Source: TPA_inf: Saccharomyces
Taxonomy: Eukaryota
Direction of reading: 5' to 3'
NCBI GenBank assembly: GCA_000146045.2
Contig: BK006945.2
Location: 736,001 to 800,000, forward strand
DNA: 64,000 nucleotides
Shown: one piece after another, positions 11,937 to 22,833 of the stretch
Numbering within the stretch: the stretch's first letter is position 1
Layout: each line of letters starts with the position of its first letter
Made by a program: the position numbers and the translations under genes
Notes under the pieces: model-generated
The model's input: only the letters and a program-made list of their open reading frames with translations
What the model was told of the DNA's origin: nothing
The model's database searches: none

Positions 11937-12875
11937 ATGAGAATACAACTAAATACAATTGATTTGCAATGTATTATTGCACTTTCCTGTCTGGGGCAAT
12001 TTGTTCACGCGGAAGCTAATAGGGAAGATTTAAAGCAGATAGACTTTCAATTTCCTGTATTGGAAAGGGCAGCTACAAAAACGCCTTTTCCGGATTGGCT
12101 TAGTGCATTTACCGGGTTAAAAGAATGGCCTGGGTTAGATCCACCTTATATACCTTTAGATTTCATTGATTTCAGTCAAATTCCAGATTATAAGGAATAT
12201 GATCAAAACCATTGCGACAGTGTTCCAAGGGACTCGTGCTCTTTCGATTGCCATCACTGCACCGAACACGATGATGTGTACACATGTTCCAAACTTTCCC
12301 AGACATTTGACGATGGTCCTTCTGCTTCCACTACTAAATTATTGGACCGGTTGAAGCATAATTCCACCTTCTTCAATTTAGGTGTCAATATAGTTCAACA
12401 TCCAGATATCTATCAAAGAATGCAAAAGGAGGGACACTTAATCGGCTCACATACCTGGTCTCACGTATATTTGCCAAATGTATCGAATGAAAAAATTATA
12501 GCTCAAATTGAATGGTCCATCTGGGCGATGAATGCTACTGGCAACCATACCCCCAAATGGTTCAGACCTCCATATGGCGGAATAGATAATAGAGTAAGAG
12601 CAATAACAAGGCAATTTGGCTTACAAGCCGTCTTATGGGATCACGATACTTTTGATTGGAGCCTCCTTCTCAATGATTCTGTCATAACTGAACAAGAAAT
12701 TCTTCAAAATGTAATAAACTGGAACAAGTCAGGAACCGGATTAATATTAGAACACGATTCAACGGAAAAAACTGTCGATCTTGCCATTAAAATAAATAAG
12801 TTGATAGGTGATGATCAATCAACAGTTTCTCATTGTGTCGGCGGAATTGATTACATAAAAGAATTCTTGTCCTAA
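11937..12875 (+). CDS. CDA2: Chitin deacetylase Cda2, 312 aa.
   Basis: First ATG at 11937 (MRIQLNTIDLQ...); the track frame starts two codons earlier at a TTG. NodB domain with high identity to CDA1 (FP[ED]WL..WPG.DPPYIPLD..CSFDC..LSQTFDDGP..HLIG.HTWSH..IAQIEWSIWAMNATG). Confidence 0.95.
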   Translation: MRIQLNTIDLQCIIALSCLGQFVHAEANREDLKQIDFQFPVLERAATKTPFPDWLSAFTGLKEWPGLDPPYIPLDFIDFSQIPDYKEYDQNHCDSVPRDSCSFDCHHCTEHDDVYTCSKLSQTFDDGPSASTTKLLDRLKHNSTFFNLGVNIVQHPDIYQRMQKEGHLIGSHTWSHVYLPNVSNEKIIAQIEWSIWAMNATGNHTPKWFRPPYGGIDNRVRAITRQFGLQAVLWDHDTFDWSLLLNDSVITEQEILQNVINWNKSGTGLILEHDSTEKTVDLAIKINKLIGDDQSTVSHCVGGIDYIKEFLS

Positions 12876-13033
12876 TTTTCAGGGAATTGAAGAAAATAAG
12901 GAAGAATTAAATTACAATTTAAAAAGAAATTGCTTTAGTATTTTATATATAGACATGCAGCAACTTCTTGATATATTTCAGGAAGAAAAAAACTGTTTCA
13001 ATATATACGTATCTTCTGCTTTCAGCTACATTT

Positions 13034-15769
13034 TTACTTCAGAGACATAACCAGTCTTTTTTCATCAGTACTGTCCAGTTGTAACAACATAGAAATTACA
13101 GGAAGTAATTGGTTCCGTTGTTCCTTGTGCTCCAAAAATCCCAACAAAACATTTTTTATATATGCAATTTTTTCATTTTTCTCAGAGTCTAACTCCAATG
13201 AACTTGATGATCGTATCTTCTCTAATTTAGTTGGATTAGAGTTATTCGCTGGTGAGGAATCAATATTCGCGTTAGCTAGAGTACCGATAGAACCAGACCT
13301 ACTAACTCTTCCTGACTTGTCACTGTATTGTCTTTCCTTTAAAGCATTCAATTGAGAGGACAATGAACGATAATTTTTTAGTAATCGATCAAATTTCTTG
13401 TTAAGTTCGTTATTTAAATTCAGAAGTTTCTCATTGGCAGACTGTAGCTCAAAATTCTTTTCATCAGCCTTAGACAATGAGAGTTTTAAATTAGATGTGA
13501 TCTGTTCCAACTGATCGGAATCATCTGAAGTGGCTTGAGTCTTCCTTTTGATGTCATTGTTAACATGTTTCAATGCGTCAACCTCTGATTTTAGTCCCTC
13601 TTCACGAAGCTTTAAAGCGTGTATTTCCGATTTCAGCTCAGTTACTGTATGCTTCCACTCTTGTAATTCAGTGGCCTTTCTGGATGTTTGTAAGTCTAAT
13701 TCTGCTTCCAATTTATTCTTTTCATCCGTTAAATAGGCCAATTTATTCTCCAACTCTTTTTGTTTGCTCGAATCATCTGTCTGACTGTCCGAAACTAACC
13801 TTCTCAATGTGTTAGCTTCTCTGGTTTTGTCTTGAACAATATTAGCATATTCATTTAGTTCATCTTCTAAAGATAAAATTTTTTTTGTAGATTCCTTCAA
13901 CTTGACATTTAGTTCCTCACATTGTCTTTTGATAGAATCTATGTGTTCATTCGAATTACTTTTTACATTTTGCAAGGTATTGTATTTTTCTTGCAAAATA
14001 TTCAATCTTTCCGATAATTTACCATTTTCTTTCAAATACTCCTCGTAGGAATTAGAATTCTTTGCGATATCATTATGCAGTGTCTCATTTTCCTTTTTTA
14101 ATAAGTCTAATCTGTTAGAAATTTTAGCATGATCTTTTCTCAGCTGTTCTGTGGATTTTTCAGCCACGTCCTTTTGCTCACTAAATTGTTTAACTTGTTC
14201 CTCCAAGTAACTCACAGTTTTTTCCTTTTGTTTATAAGAGGTTCTTAAAGAAGTAAGCTCCTTTGTTATGTTTGATTTTTCGTAGGTAAGTTGAGATATC
14301 TCCTCATTTAATTTGGCTACCTTGTTCTGCGATGTAGTCTGCTCTTTCTCCTTTTCTGTACATAAATTCTTCAGATGCTCTACTTTCTTGCTCAATAACT
14401 CTATCTTACTTCTCAACTCAGTATTTTTAGCTTCGTAGGCCTCGATCATCGTTGCATTTTTATGGCGTAAATCATCGAGCTCCAGCTTAACGGTTTTCAC
14501 TTCTTCATTTTGTTTACTCGAAGACTCTTTAATCTCATCTTTTGCGTCCACAAGCTCATTGCCTACAGTCCTCAGCATATCTCTCACCTCCTCTAGCTCC
14601 GAATTTTTTTCTTTCAATGACTTCTTGGTATCGATCAACTCGGTGTTAAGGGTTTCCAGCTCCTTTGCTGATTTTTCGAGCTGTGAGTTTTCCAATTCTT
14701 TAGCATCTTTTAGTTCTGCTTCTATATCTTCATACTTTTGCTTCCAATCTTCACAATCTTTATATTTTTCTTGTAATTCTTGCAAATTTTCTTTAAGCTT
14801 ATCATATTCTTCAGTATTGATTGAGTTATCGACCGTTTCCTCTTCACTGATATCACCCGTAGTTATGCCTCCCTTATTTTTCTTTCCCTTGTTTCTATTC
14901 TTTTTCCTTCTGTTATTGTTTCCTACATTTTGATGAGATATCGCCTTCGGTAACTCCTTCATTTTTTTTTCCAATTCACTCAGCTTGCGCTCTTTCTCTT
15001 TTAAAGTAATATTTAGTTCTGCCAACTCTGAGGACTTTTCCTCCATTATAGTACTTTTCGAAGACAAATTTTGCTCCAATTCGGTTATCTTCATTCGACT
15101 GTCCTCGAGAGAATGGTTCTTTATAGCCAATTCTTCCTTCAGTTCGGATATAGATACTTCTTCTTTCTGTTTTTTGGCCTCCCTTTCTTCCTTTAGTATA
15201 TTTTCCAGTGCAACTATTTTTTCTCTCAAACCTGAAACAGTATCATTTTTTTCTTTTTGTACAGTATCCAATTCTATGTTTAAAGCTTCCATTTTTTTTT
15301 TTAGATCGTCTATGTCATTTTTATAATTTTGCTCTTTTTTCAAAAATTCCTCTTCTTTATCCTTCAGAGTTTCACTAGAGGCGCTTTCTGGAATTTCCGA
15401 GTTCTGCTTAGTTAATCTCTTGATCTCATCATTCAATAGGTTATTTTTGTTGTTTAAATCCTGGAAAAAAGCTGGCAACGTATCCACTGCGTCGTCAATA
15501 TTAGATATGGGTGTATTTTCCGCTAAAATCTTTTCAACAGCCTCTAACTTCTCTGACTTTAATTTTTCATTTTTGTATGCGGAGAGTAGCAAAGGGTATT
15601 TTTGTTCATATTTCTCAAATTTTCTTAATTTAGCTTGTATTTCTTTTGGCAAGCCACTCTTATCATCTTCGATTTGTTGTTCTGACGGGGTAGGGCTCAT
15701 ATCATCGGCTAAGCCCTTCGCTAATTCATCGGTAAGATTCTTACCAATTTGTGACAGCTGTTTGAACAT
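13034..15769 (-). CDS. IMH1: Golgin Imh1, 911 aa, a long coiled-coil protein with a C-terminal GRIP domain.
   Basis: ATG at 15769, a heptad-rich E/K/L composition, and length equal to Imh1. Confidence 0.93.
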   Translation of the reverse strand: MFKQLSQIGKNLTDELAKGLADDMSPTPSEQQIEDDKSGLPKEIQAKLRKFEKYEQKYPLLLSAYKNEKLKSEKLEAVEKILAENTPISNIDDAVDTLPAFFQDLNNKNNLLNDEIKRLTKQNSEIPESASSETLKDKEEEFLKKEQNYKNDIDDLKKKMEALNIELDTVQKEKNDTVSGLREKIVALENILKEEREAKKQKEEVSISELKEELAIKNHSLEDSRMKITELEQNLSSKSTIMEEKSSELAELNITLKEKERKLSELEKKMKELPKAISHQNVGNNNRRKKNRNKGKKNKGGITTGDISEEETVDNSINTEEYDKLKENLQELQEKYKDCEDWKQKYEDIEAELKDAKELENSQLEKSAKELETLNTELIDTKKSLKEKNSELEEVRDMLRTVGNELVDAKDEIKESSSKQNEEVKTVKLELDDLRHKNATMIEAYEAKNTELRSKIELLSKKVEHLKNLCTEKEKEQTTSQNKVAKLNEEISQLTYEKSNITKELTSLRTSYKQKEKTVSYLEEQVKQFSEQKDVAEKSTEQLRKDHAKISNRLDLLKKENETLHNDIAKNSNSYEEYLKENGKLSERLNILQEKYNTLQNVKSNSNEHIDSIKRQCEELNVKLKESTKKILSLEDELNEYANIVQDKTREANTLRRLVSDSQTDDSSKQKELENKLAYLTDEKNKLEAELDLQTSRKATELQEWKHTVTELKSEIHALKLREEGLKSEVDALKHVNNDIKRKTQATSDDSDQLEQITSNLKLSLSKADEKNFELQSANEKLLNLNNELNKKFDRLLKNYRSLSSQLNALKERQYSDKSGRVSRSGSIGTLANANIDSSPANNSNPTKLEKIRSSSSLELDSEKNEKIAYIKNVLLGFLEHKEQRNQLLPVISMLLQLDSTDEKRLVMSLK

Positions 15770-16223
15770 TGAATCAGCAAATGTTTCCCTAAGTTAAAAT
15801 CACCTCAAATGTAACTCCTGTTGCTTACTATTTGACGTTTCTGCTACATTTGGTTCTCTTATATTGCTGGATCTGAAAATCCGAACTATGAGAATGCGGG
15901 TAATAGCTTTTCATAGAATCACTAATTGATATTTTTTCAGGTAATAAGTTTCCTCTAATCGGGCATTTAAAATCTTGGATCGATAACTTAACTGGGTGTA
16001 ATAAAATATATAAAGATATAAAATAGATATATATATATAAAACGAACTTTATCAAGAAGAACTGCAAATGAAGCGTACTCTCAAATCCTCGAAAACGAAA
16101 AACACTCCACCAGTACAGTATTATCACGAAGAATATTAAGTAAAAGCAGCCATCTTAAATAATAGAGTGTAGCAATCAAACATAAAGCTAAGGTTCTTCT
16201 TGATTAGCAAATTGTATAAACTT

Positions 16224-19200
16224 TTATCGAAATAACCTAGAAGGAGGTTTTTTCTTACCTAGCTTCAAAAAATTGCCATTTTTATCATCTGTAAATTCAC
16301 TTAGGAATTTTGCAGTTTTTGTACCGCTAGCAGAAGAAGCATGCGTACTGCCTTTGGTGTTTCCTGATCTCGGTTCCACTTGCAGTGATAATTGATACTG
16401 CTTTTCAATGTGGGGGACATTTTCCAAAGACGCTTCTATAACGGTCTGAATATCATCCAATCGTTTCAGCTTGTAATGGAATCTTTTAAAGCTTATAATT
16501 TCCTCCACTATATTTGCGATTTTAGTCCTCTTGCTGAAGTTTATTATGTTGGTTGAATTGTGAAGAAAATCTGGGTTTCCGACAAACGTAAATGTTAAAT
16601 CAGATAGGTATACACCAAAAAAGGGAACACATGCAACGTCCGTCACGGATCGCAACAGCTCTCTATACTTCACAAAATTTCTCTTGGAATCCATAAGGTT
16701 GTTTAGGTTCTTCAGAAGGTCCTTCGACTCAGTGGAAACTAAATCCCATGTCTTTTTCAGTCGGTAGATTGGGGAGGAATACAAAGCGGACACTATGGCA
16801 GTCATTGAAGAAAAATTATTCAACTCTTTACAATGCTGGGCAACGGTAACAAAATATTGCGTTAATTTTGAACGTGTCTTGACATCTGCCTGTTTTACAA
16901 TGGTATGAGAAACAAAATTAGTTAGCGTATTAGCATTAGCTATAAATTTCGTAATGTTCGGAGAACCACCCATATTACAATACTTGGTACCCCATGCCCT
17001 ATCCAAGCATTCAAACATAGTGATCCTGAGGTATAAGTCATGTTCAAGTACAGTCAATTGTGTGGCATATGTGTATGGGTCAATATCCAAGAGCTTCAAT
17101 TTCTTCAATCTAAAAAACGCTGAAGAAGCAGAAGATGGTAAAGAAGACGAAGACATGTGTATCGGTGATTTATTGTCACGTTTAGTTGTCTGTACGACTG
17201 CCGATACCGAATCTTGTTGCTTAGGATCCACTGGTTCTTTCTCATTCTCATTTATCAGTTTTTCATTTATCTTTTGCAAAAGATCCTCTGCCCCCGGTAT
17301 TTTCTCCGATACAACCATCTTGGCAAAATTTAGAATCAGTGGTATGCCAGGTTCATAATAATTTCTTGTCCAATACTGCGTCAAAAATGTTCTCATAATG
17401 TTGACCACACGGCATTTAATCGGGTTTGACTTTTTTTCTATCCAAATATTGTAATCATCGTAACTCAGCCCTTCAGGAGGATACAAGTTGTACCTGTAAA
17501 TCAGGGCATAAAAAAACTCTCTTGTGGTTAATATACTTCTGAAAGTTATTAACATTGTAACATTGAAAGCCGCATCAACAAGTTCATGACTGGTTAAATG
17601 TTCAATCAGTGCCTCTTTTGTCCCGCCACGAATTTTTCCTCTTGAGTCATAGACAAGACTAGTTTCATAATCTGAAGTTAAAAACCATGGAAGGTTTTTC
17701 TCTATGTTCGCAGCTTTGCGTTCAATATAGTCCTCAGATCCTAATTCGTCATCGATGATAGCTTCATCATTTTCTGAATCGTCATCACTATAGTCCTCGG
17801 AATAAATATCAAACCATTTTTCTTGCTCACCTTTCAATAGTTCTGCAGTCAAATTATTCTTCATCATTCTTGCTGCGTAGTTCAGCAAATTTTCTCTTTC
17901 TTCAATCAATTGATCAACAATAATACACGCAAGATTAGAAATCTCGACATACTTTTCACAAGCATCTTTAAAATCGTCGGAGTTGTTTAAAAATTCAAGG
18001 TTATTGAACTCCACATCTTGACTCACCAATACGTGAAATAAGGAGAGTGCCAATTGTTCATTTTTTTTATGGAAGGGGCCCTTGACCAAAGGTGTATTAG
18101 AGATATTCTTGAAAGGTTCATGATGTCCGACAGGGAAATTGGACCTCATTGAGGAAAACAAATACGGGTCGTCTAAGGTCGTTTGTTGCGTTGTCATTAT
18201 TAATCTGATGACGATGTCATGAAAAGCCTGCTTTATATCAAAAAACTCTGTTAGTACTGAGGAGACCGAAGACATGGCGTGAACTAAAAATTCCTCGCTT
18301 TCCAAATCCAACAAAATACTGGGTGTCTTAATCAGGTTTTTCAAATTGATGAAAATTGACAGATCTAAATTCTCCAGTATCTCCAATAGTAAAACATTCT
18401 GATTTATTTGTTCGTATGTGCTTGAATTTATTTCCAAATTCCTAATTCTGCTTTTGGGTTTACTTATAATTTTTAAGTGTTCACCTGTAGCATTATTTAA
18501 TTTTTCAAAAATTTGCGAGGATTTCTTCTTCATTGTATTCAAAGTGTCTACAGTTAATGGATATTTTTTCTTCCTTTTTGAAACTCTTGCTCTTGAAAAG
18601 GTTCTGTTATGAGAAGGACGGTTGAAAGGTGTAAAAACTGAACCAGACGCGGCACTGCTTGCTTTTAAATCAATTTGGGAATTTGTTTCTGAATTAGCGC
18701 TATATCCTGACGCAGAGGCAATAGCATCTGCCATCTTTGGTGGAATCCTTGATATTGAGGAATTTTTGGACGACGAAGCGGTCACTTCATTAGATGTGAC
18801 AGCTTTGTTCTTTGTCGCATTACCAAATTCATCCGTAATAAAAGTCGAAAATGGATTTGTCCAAGAACCACCGCTAAATGAACCTTTAAAAAATCTTGGG
18901 AGCAACTGTGGTAAAGTATTATCATCTGAGAAGACTGAGCTCTGTAACACAAAATAAAGTAACTGAACATGCCTTAAAAATTTCGAGAATTCCACATCAA
19001 CCATTTCGTAAATCGATTTAGCTGACTTAAAATTTTTGTTGGACGGTGAAAAATCTTCCAAAGTAGAATTTTGTATTGAAGTCCTTGGTGTTACGACAGA
19101 ATTAACACTATTTCTTGGACCTAAGACTGAGAAATTTTCCATATCGTTCTCATTGACTGTACTGAATGATGATCTCATTGGAGTCAATGTATCCGTTGTA

Positions 19201-20993
19201 CTGGTACTTACATTACGTTTACCGGACAATGGAACTGAAACTAGATCATGTACACTATCTACTTCAATTTTACCATCATCCCCTTCCGTCCTAGAACAAT
19301 TATTTTCCTGATTATCGTTATCCTTGTCATTCATAGTATCCATTTTTTTTCTGTGAAAAGCTGAATCGAAATATAAATGAGAATTGATACTTATCCTTGA
19401 CAATGAAGAGATTAGACCTTTGAAAATCTTCTTAATCTCCTTGCTGCAACTTTTGGCTTTAATTTCATGTTGCATTAGCCTGCAGCCTAACTGTGTGAAG
19501 ACTATTGAATCTGATATCAAATCAAAGTATTTCGTGAAATTGAGACGATTCTCTTTAAGGAACATCTTGTGAGCCGTTTTAGTATAATAAACTGTTAGGT
19601 CTTGTAATTCTGTCCACAATTTTATATCTCTTGAATAGTGATAAAAGATGTCACTCTTGGCCAGTATAGAAGAGCGACTTGGGGCAACTACCCTTGATTG
19701 AATATTCTGCGTTAAATCTGGAGCAGATAAAGAATTTAATGATGAAGGACCAGCCTCATTGAATTCGTTTTTGTTATTTTCGTTATTATTATCATCATCA
19801 TTAATACTGTTATTATTTCCATCAGTTTCTTTTGAATCCTGTTTTTCCATTAGAAGGCTTGATCTATTTTGTTCACTTTCCGATTGCTTCGATCTCGTAG
19901 AACTGTCCTCAATATTCGCATTTTTCCTCAGATCTCTAGTATATAGGTTAACAAGATGATCATTGGGCGGGAATTTTGGTTCGCTGTCACAAATGTCATC
20001 GGATTCCATAATTGAGTTAGAAATCAAGGGTAATTCTGAACAGTATATATCAAGGTCTTTGTTATAGTATACCAACTTGTAATCGGATGTTTTCGTTATC
20101 AGTGGTATGGGGGACCAAGTCGAAGCAATGTTCGAACGTATACCATTAATAATCATTTCTATCTCTTCCAACGGTAATATCTTAATTGTTTCTTCTGCTA
20201 CTAGTGGGGGACCTGCTTTCTCACCAGAAGTTTGTAAATTTGTTTCATTGTTATTCATAATTGCGTTTGTATTCATCTCAGATGAGCCATCTGCACTCTT
20301 TGTCATATCCTGGGATAGACTAGCATTGGAATTAAAGTTCGAAGATTGAGGGGTTATGTGGGAAGCATCGTTTGGCGCTGAAAAGGGAGAATTATTCATC
20401 GATACGGTGTTATTGTGGCCGGAACTTGTTTCTGCATTGTGGGCATTTGATAAAGACGCTGATAAAGTAGAACTCCCCCTCCTGCTCTTGCTCGGATTTC
20501 TAGGCACATGTAAATATGCACTATTGCCCAAGCTATTTAAGCTGCTGCGCCTTGAGCTCTTACTGGAACTATATTTTTTCATCGGATGACTGTGCTTTCT
20601 GAGATGACTGTCTCTTAAAGGTCTACCGAAGTTTTGAGGAAACCAGCCTCTGTTAACTTTCCCATTACTGTCGTCAATAACTAATCCATCCCACCACCCA
20701 GATGAGTTTTTGTTAAGTATATAAATGGTTTCCCCTTGTTGTACAGACAAAAGTTGCGAAGAACTGTCTTTTTTAATGGGATAATTAAAGTCATAAGCAG
20801 CGACTACTATTCCAATTGGACGAATGCTGGTCAACTCACTTGTCGAGGGGGAAGAAGAAAGAGAAGCTGAGGATGATTCTGTGTTAGTGGTAGTGGAAGT
20901 GTTAGATGAAGAGCTGATCGATGGAGTTTGTGAAGCATTGCCTGCCTCCCTTGCAGAACTTGTATTGGGAATAGACGTGTTAGTATCGGACAT
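16224..20993 (-). CDS. CDC25: Ras guanine-nucleotide exchange factor Cdc25, 1589 aa.
   Basis: ATG at 20993 (MSDTNTSIPNTSS...). Ser/Asn-rich N-terminus, an SH3 region, and RasGEF N-terminal and catalytic domains towards the C-terminus. Confidence 0.95.
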   Translation of the reverse strand: MSDTNTSIPNTSSAREAGNASQTPSISSSSNTSTTTNTESSSASLSSSPSTSELTSIRPIGIVVAAYDFNYPIKKDSSSQLLSVQQGETIYILNKNSSGWWDGLVIDDSNGKVNRGWFPQNFGRPLRDSHLRKHSHPMKKYSSSKSSRRSSLNSLGNSAYLHVPRNPSKSRRGSSTLSASLSNAHNAETSSGHNNTVSMNNSPFSAPNDASHITPQSSNFNSNASLSQDMTKSADGSSEMNTNAIMNNNETNLQTSGEKAGPPLVAEETIKILPLEEIEMIINGIRSNIASTWSPIPLITKTSDYKLVYYNKDLDIYCSELPLISNSIMESDDICDSEPKFPPNDHLVNLYTRDLRKNANIEDSSTRSKQSESEQNRSSLLMEKQDSKETDGNNNSINDDDNNNENNKNEFNEAGPSSLNSLSAPDLTQNIQSRVVAPSRSSILAKSDIFYHYSRDIKLWTELQDLTVYYTKTAHKMFLKENRLNFTKYFDLISDSIVFTQLGCRLMQHEIKAKSCSKEIKKIFKGLISSLSRISINSHLYFDSAFHRKKMDTMNDKDNDNQENNCSRTEGDDGKIEVDSVHDLVSVPLSGKRNVSTSTTDTLTPMRSSFSTVNENDMENFSVLGPRNSVNSVVTPRTSIQNSTLEDFSPSNKNFKSAKSIYEMVDVEFSKFLRHVQLLYFVLQSSVFSDDNTLPQLLPRFFKGSFSGGSWTNPFSTFITDEFGNATKNKAVTSNEVTASSSKNSSISRIPPKMADAIASASGYSANSETNSQIDLKASSAASGSVFTPFNRPSHNRTFSRARVSKRKKKYPLTVDTLNTMKKKSSQIFEKLNNATGEHLKIISKPKSRIRNLEINSSTYEQINQNVLLLEILENLDLSIFINLKNLIKTPSILLDLESEEFLVHAMSSVSSVLTEFFDIKQAFHDIVIRLIMTTQQTTLDDPYLFSSMRSNFPVGHHEPFKNISNTPLVKGPFHKKNEQLALSLFHVLVSQDVEFNNLEFLNNSDDFKDACEKYVEISNLACIIVDQLIEERENLLNYAARMMKNNLTAELLKGEQEKWFDIYSEDYSDDDSENDEAIIDDELGSEDYIERKAANIEKNLPWFLTSDYETSLVYDSRGKIRGGTKEALIEHLTSHELVDAAFNVTMLITFRSILTTREFFYALIYRYNLYPPEGLSYDDYNIWIEKKSNPIKCRVVNIMRTFLTQYWTRNYYEPGIPLILNFAKMVVSEKIPGAEDLLQKINEKLINENEKEPVDPKQQDSVSAVVQTTKRDNKSPIHMSSSSLPSSASSAFFRLKKLKLLDIDPYTYATQLTVLEHDLYLRITMFECLDRAWGTKYCNMGGSPNITKFIANANTLTNFVSHTIVKQADVKTRSKLTQYFVTVAQHCKELNNFSSMTAIVSALYSSPIYRLKKTWDLVSTESKDLLKNLNNLMDSKRNFVKYRELLRSVTDVACVPFFGVYLSDLTFTFVGNPDFLHNSTNIINFSKRTKIANIVEEIISFKRFHYKLKRLDDIQTVIEASLENVPHIEKQYQLSLQVEPRSGNTKGSTHASSASGTKTAKFLSEFTDDKNGNFLKLGKKKPPSRLFR

Positions 20994-21467
20994 GATACAA
21001 CTATCCAATATCCACCTTGCTTTTTCGTTTTATTTTTTAGTATTTATTCGAAGAAAAATGTGGCTCTTTTTATTCAATTTCTTTCCGAAAAAGAAACAGT
21101 CTATCTAACTAAAGGAATTGCTTCACGGTGATCAAGTCACTATAACTGTCTCCGCCGTGTTGGTGATGCAGTTTTCTCTGTAACTTTTGAGCTTATTTTT
21201 CTATTTTATTTTTTCCTCCAGGTCTCTGTCAAAGATCCGTCTCCCGCGATGTTTAAAAGTCGTTTTAGCGAATTACATAATAACCTGGAGGTGACTGACG
21301 TCGACTATTTTCTGCCCCATAAAGCAACAAAATATTTAACTCATAAAAGCTTCGAAGAATATGTAAATATAGTAGTATGAATCTAACTGAGTAAAAAAAG
21401 GGAATAACAAAACAAAAAAAAAGGAAAAGAGATGGATAGCATACGTTATGAAAGTAATAAAACCTTA

Positions 21468-21500
21468 GAGATAGAGATAGAGAGAGAGAGAGAGAGAGAT
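21468..21500 (+). repeat. (GA)n / (GAGATA)n microsatellite in the CDC25/ATG39 intergenic region.
   Basis: agagatagagatagagagagagagagagagatg. Confidence 0.85.
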
Positions 21501-21636
21501 GCACCTTTTCTATTCTCAATAAAAAAAGGAAAGTAAGTGTAAAAAAATTTAAAGGAGGGATATATGACACTCCTACTAAGCAGTCGTTTTTTTTTTCTTT
21601 TGTTAATTTCATTCTTCATGCTGGGTTTTGGATGAT

Positions 21637-22833
21637 CTAGTGTTTGCACTTAAAATAATTTTTTTTCCTGCATTCTGACATCGCTTTATACATCCTCGAA
21701 TGCTGTAATTTCAATCCGAACCGTTTCAGCTGCTTTACAAACCAGTTGGTATCTTTGCGAACCTTAAACTGAAAAACTCGGAATGGTTTCATTGACTTGA
21801 AACGAAGCTTGCGCAACTGCAATCTGGATCCCGACCAACATTGTTTTGCTTTTTGGCAAGAATGATCGAAATACCTTTTAATATGTGGAGAAAATTGCCT
21901 GTATTTATTATGAAGTAGCACAAAGAGCCTTTTCCAGCGGCGTTTCTGTTCTTTATGCAATACCCTTAAACTTTCTTGAGCGGATTTAAAAGAATTCTTG
22001 AGAAATAGGTGTAACTTTATTCTTCCTCCGTTTATTTTGTTAATTCTCTTGTGCCAACCGTCTTTCATTCGAGCTTTTGTTGTATACCATAAAATAACTA
22101 AGTCTGTTTTGTATCGTCTCCAGCCCATTAGGTCATCATCCTTTAATGGGTATGCAATATGATTGTCGAAGTCGACGTAGTATTTTCCTGAAGGAGCCCA
22201 CTGACTTAAAGAGTCACTTGATGAATCGTAAGATTTTTTATCAACAAAATCGATATTGCCGTACAACAGCTTCCTTTCATTATTACGTAATGACTGTTGT
22301 GATTTAAAACCTGCCAACACATCACCAGTCAGGGAATATTCGAGGGCGAGGTATGAAAAGGTCATGGAAAGCAATGAAGATAGCATGATAACATGCCACA
22401 TCTTCAATTTAGCAGATTTACCCTCACTTTTATCTATGATATGATCCGATAGTGTGCTAGAATTCCTTATCGTACTATCCTTCAGTTTCGACCCCTCCAT
22501 ACTTGGCAATACCGTTCCGCCAACATTTGAGCCGGACAAAGTATCAAATGACTCTGAAATAGTGGGAACTCCAGTTTGATCAATATTAACTCCAGCATTA
22601 CTAAATTCATTAGATGTTCTAAAATCGTAAATACGATTCATCTGTGCAGACTCTTCACTGCTAGTGTTCGATAGGACATCTGCATCGAAGTCCTCGTCGT
22701 CCTCTCCTGCAAAGGAGCTTTCATGCAAACTATCCAAAGATATTTCTGACTTCGATGACTGTTCTTCCCCTTCTCTCCCTTTACGTAATCTACGTAATCT
22801 AACTAAATTCCAATGATCGTCTTCTTCTGACAT
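21637..22833 (-). CDS. ATG39: Atg39, 398 aa, a receptor for selective autophagy of perinuclear ER and nucleus.
   Basis: ATG at 22833 (MSEEDDHWNLV...). Length and acidic N-terminus match YLR312C, and it sits between CDC25 and MRPL15. Confidence 0.85.
   Translation of the reverse strand: MSEEDDHWNLVRLRRLRKGREGEEQSSKSEISLDSLHESSFAGEDDEDFDADVLSNTSSEESAQMNRIYDFRTSNEFSNAGVNIDQTGVPTISESFDTLSGSNVGGTVLPSMEGSKLKDSTIRNSSTLSDHIIDKSEGKSAKLKMWHVIMLSSLLSMTFSYLALEYSLTGDVLAGFKSQQSLRNNERKLLYGNIDFVDKKSYDSSSDSLSQWAPSGKYYVDFDNHIAYPLKDDDLMGWRRYKTDLVILWYTTKARMKDGWHKRINKINGGRIKLHLFLKNSFKSAQESLRVLHKEQKRRWKRLFVLLHNKYRQFSPHIKRYFDHSCQKAKQCWSGSRLQLRKLRFKSMKPFRVFQFKVRKDTNWFVKQLKRFGLKLQHSRMYKAMSECRKKNYFKCKH

Noticed and set aside
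21265-21649. 115-aa and 67-aa minus-strand ORFs in the CDC25/ATG39 spacer (YLR311C-like)
   Set aside because: They overlap the (GA)n microsatellite and a T-rich promoter region and are low-complexity (SLSLSLSL). Dubious-ORF character.
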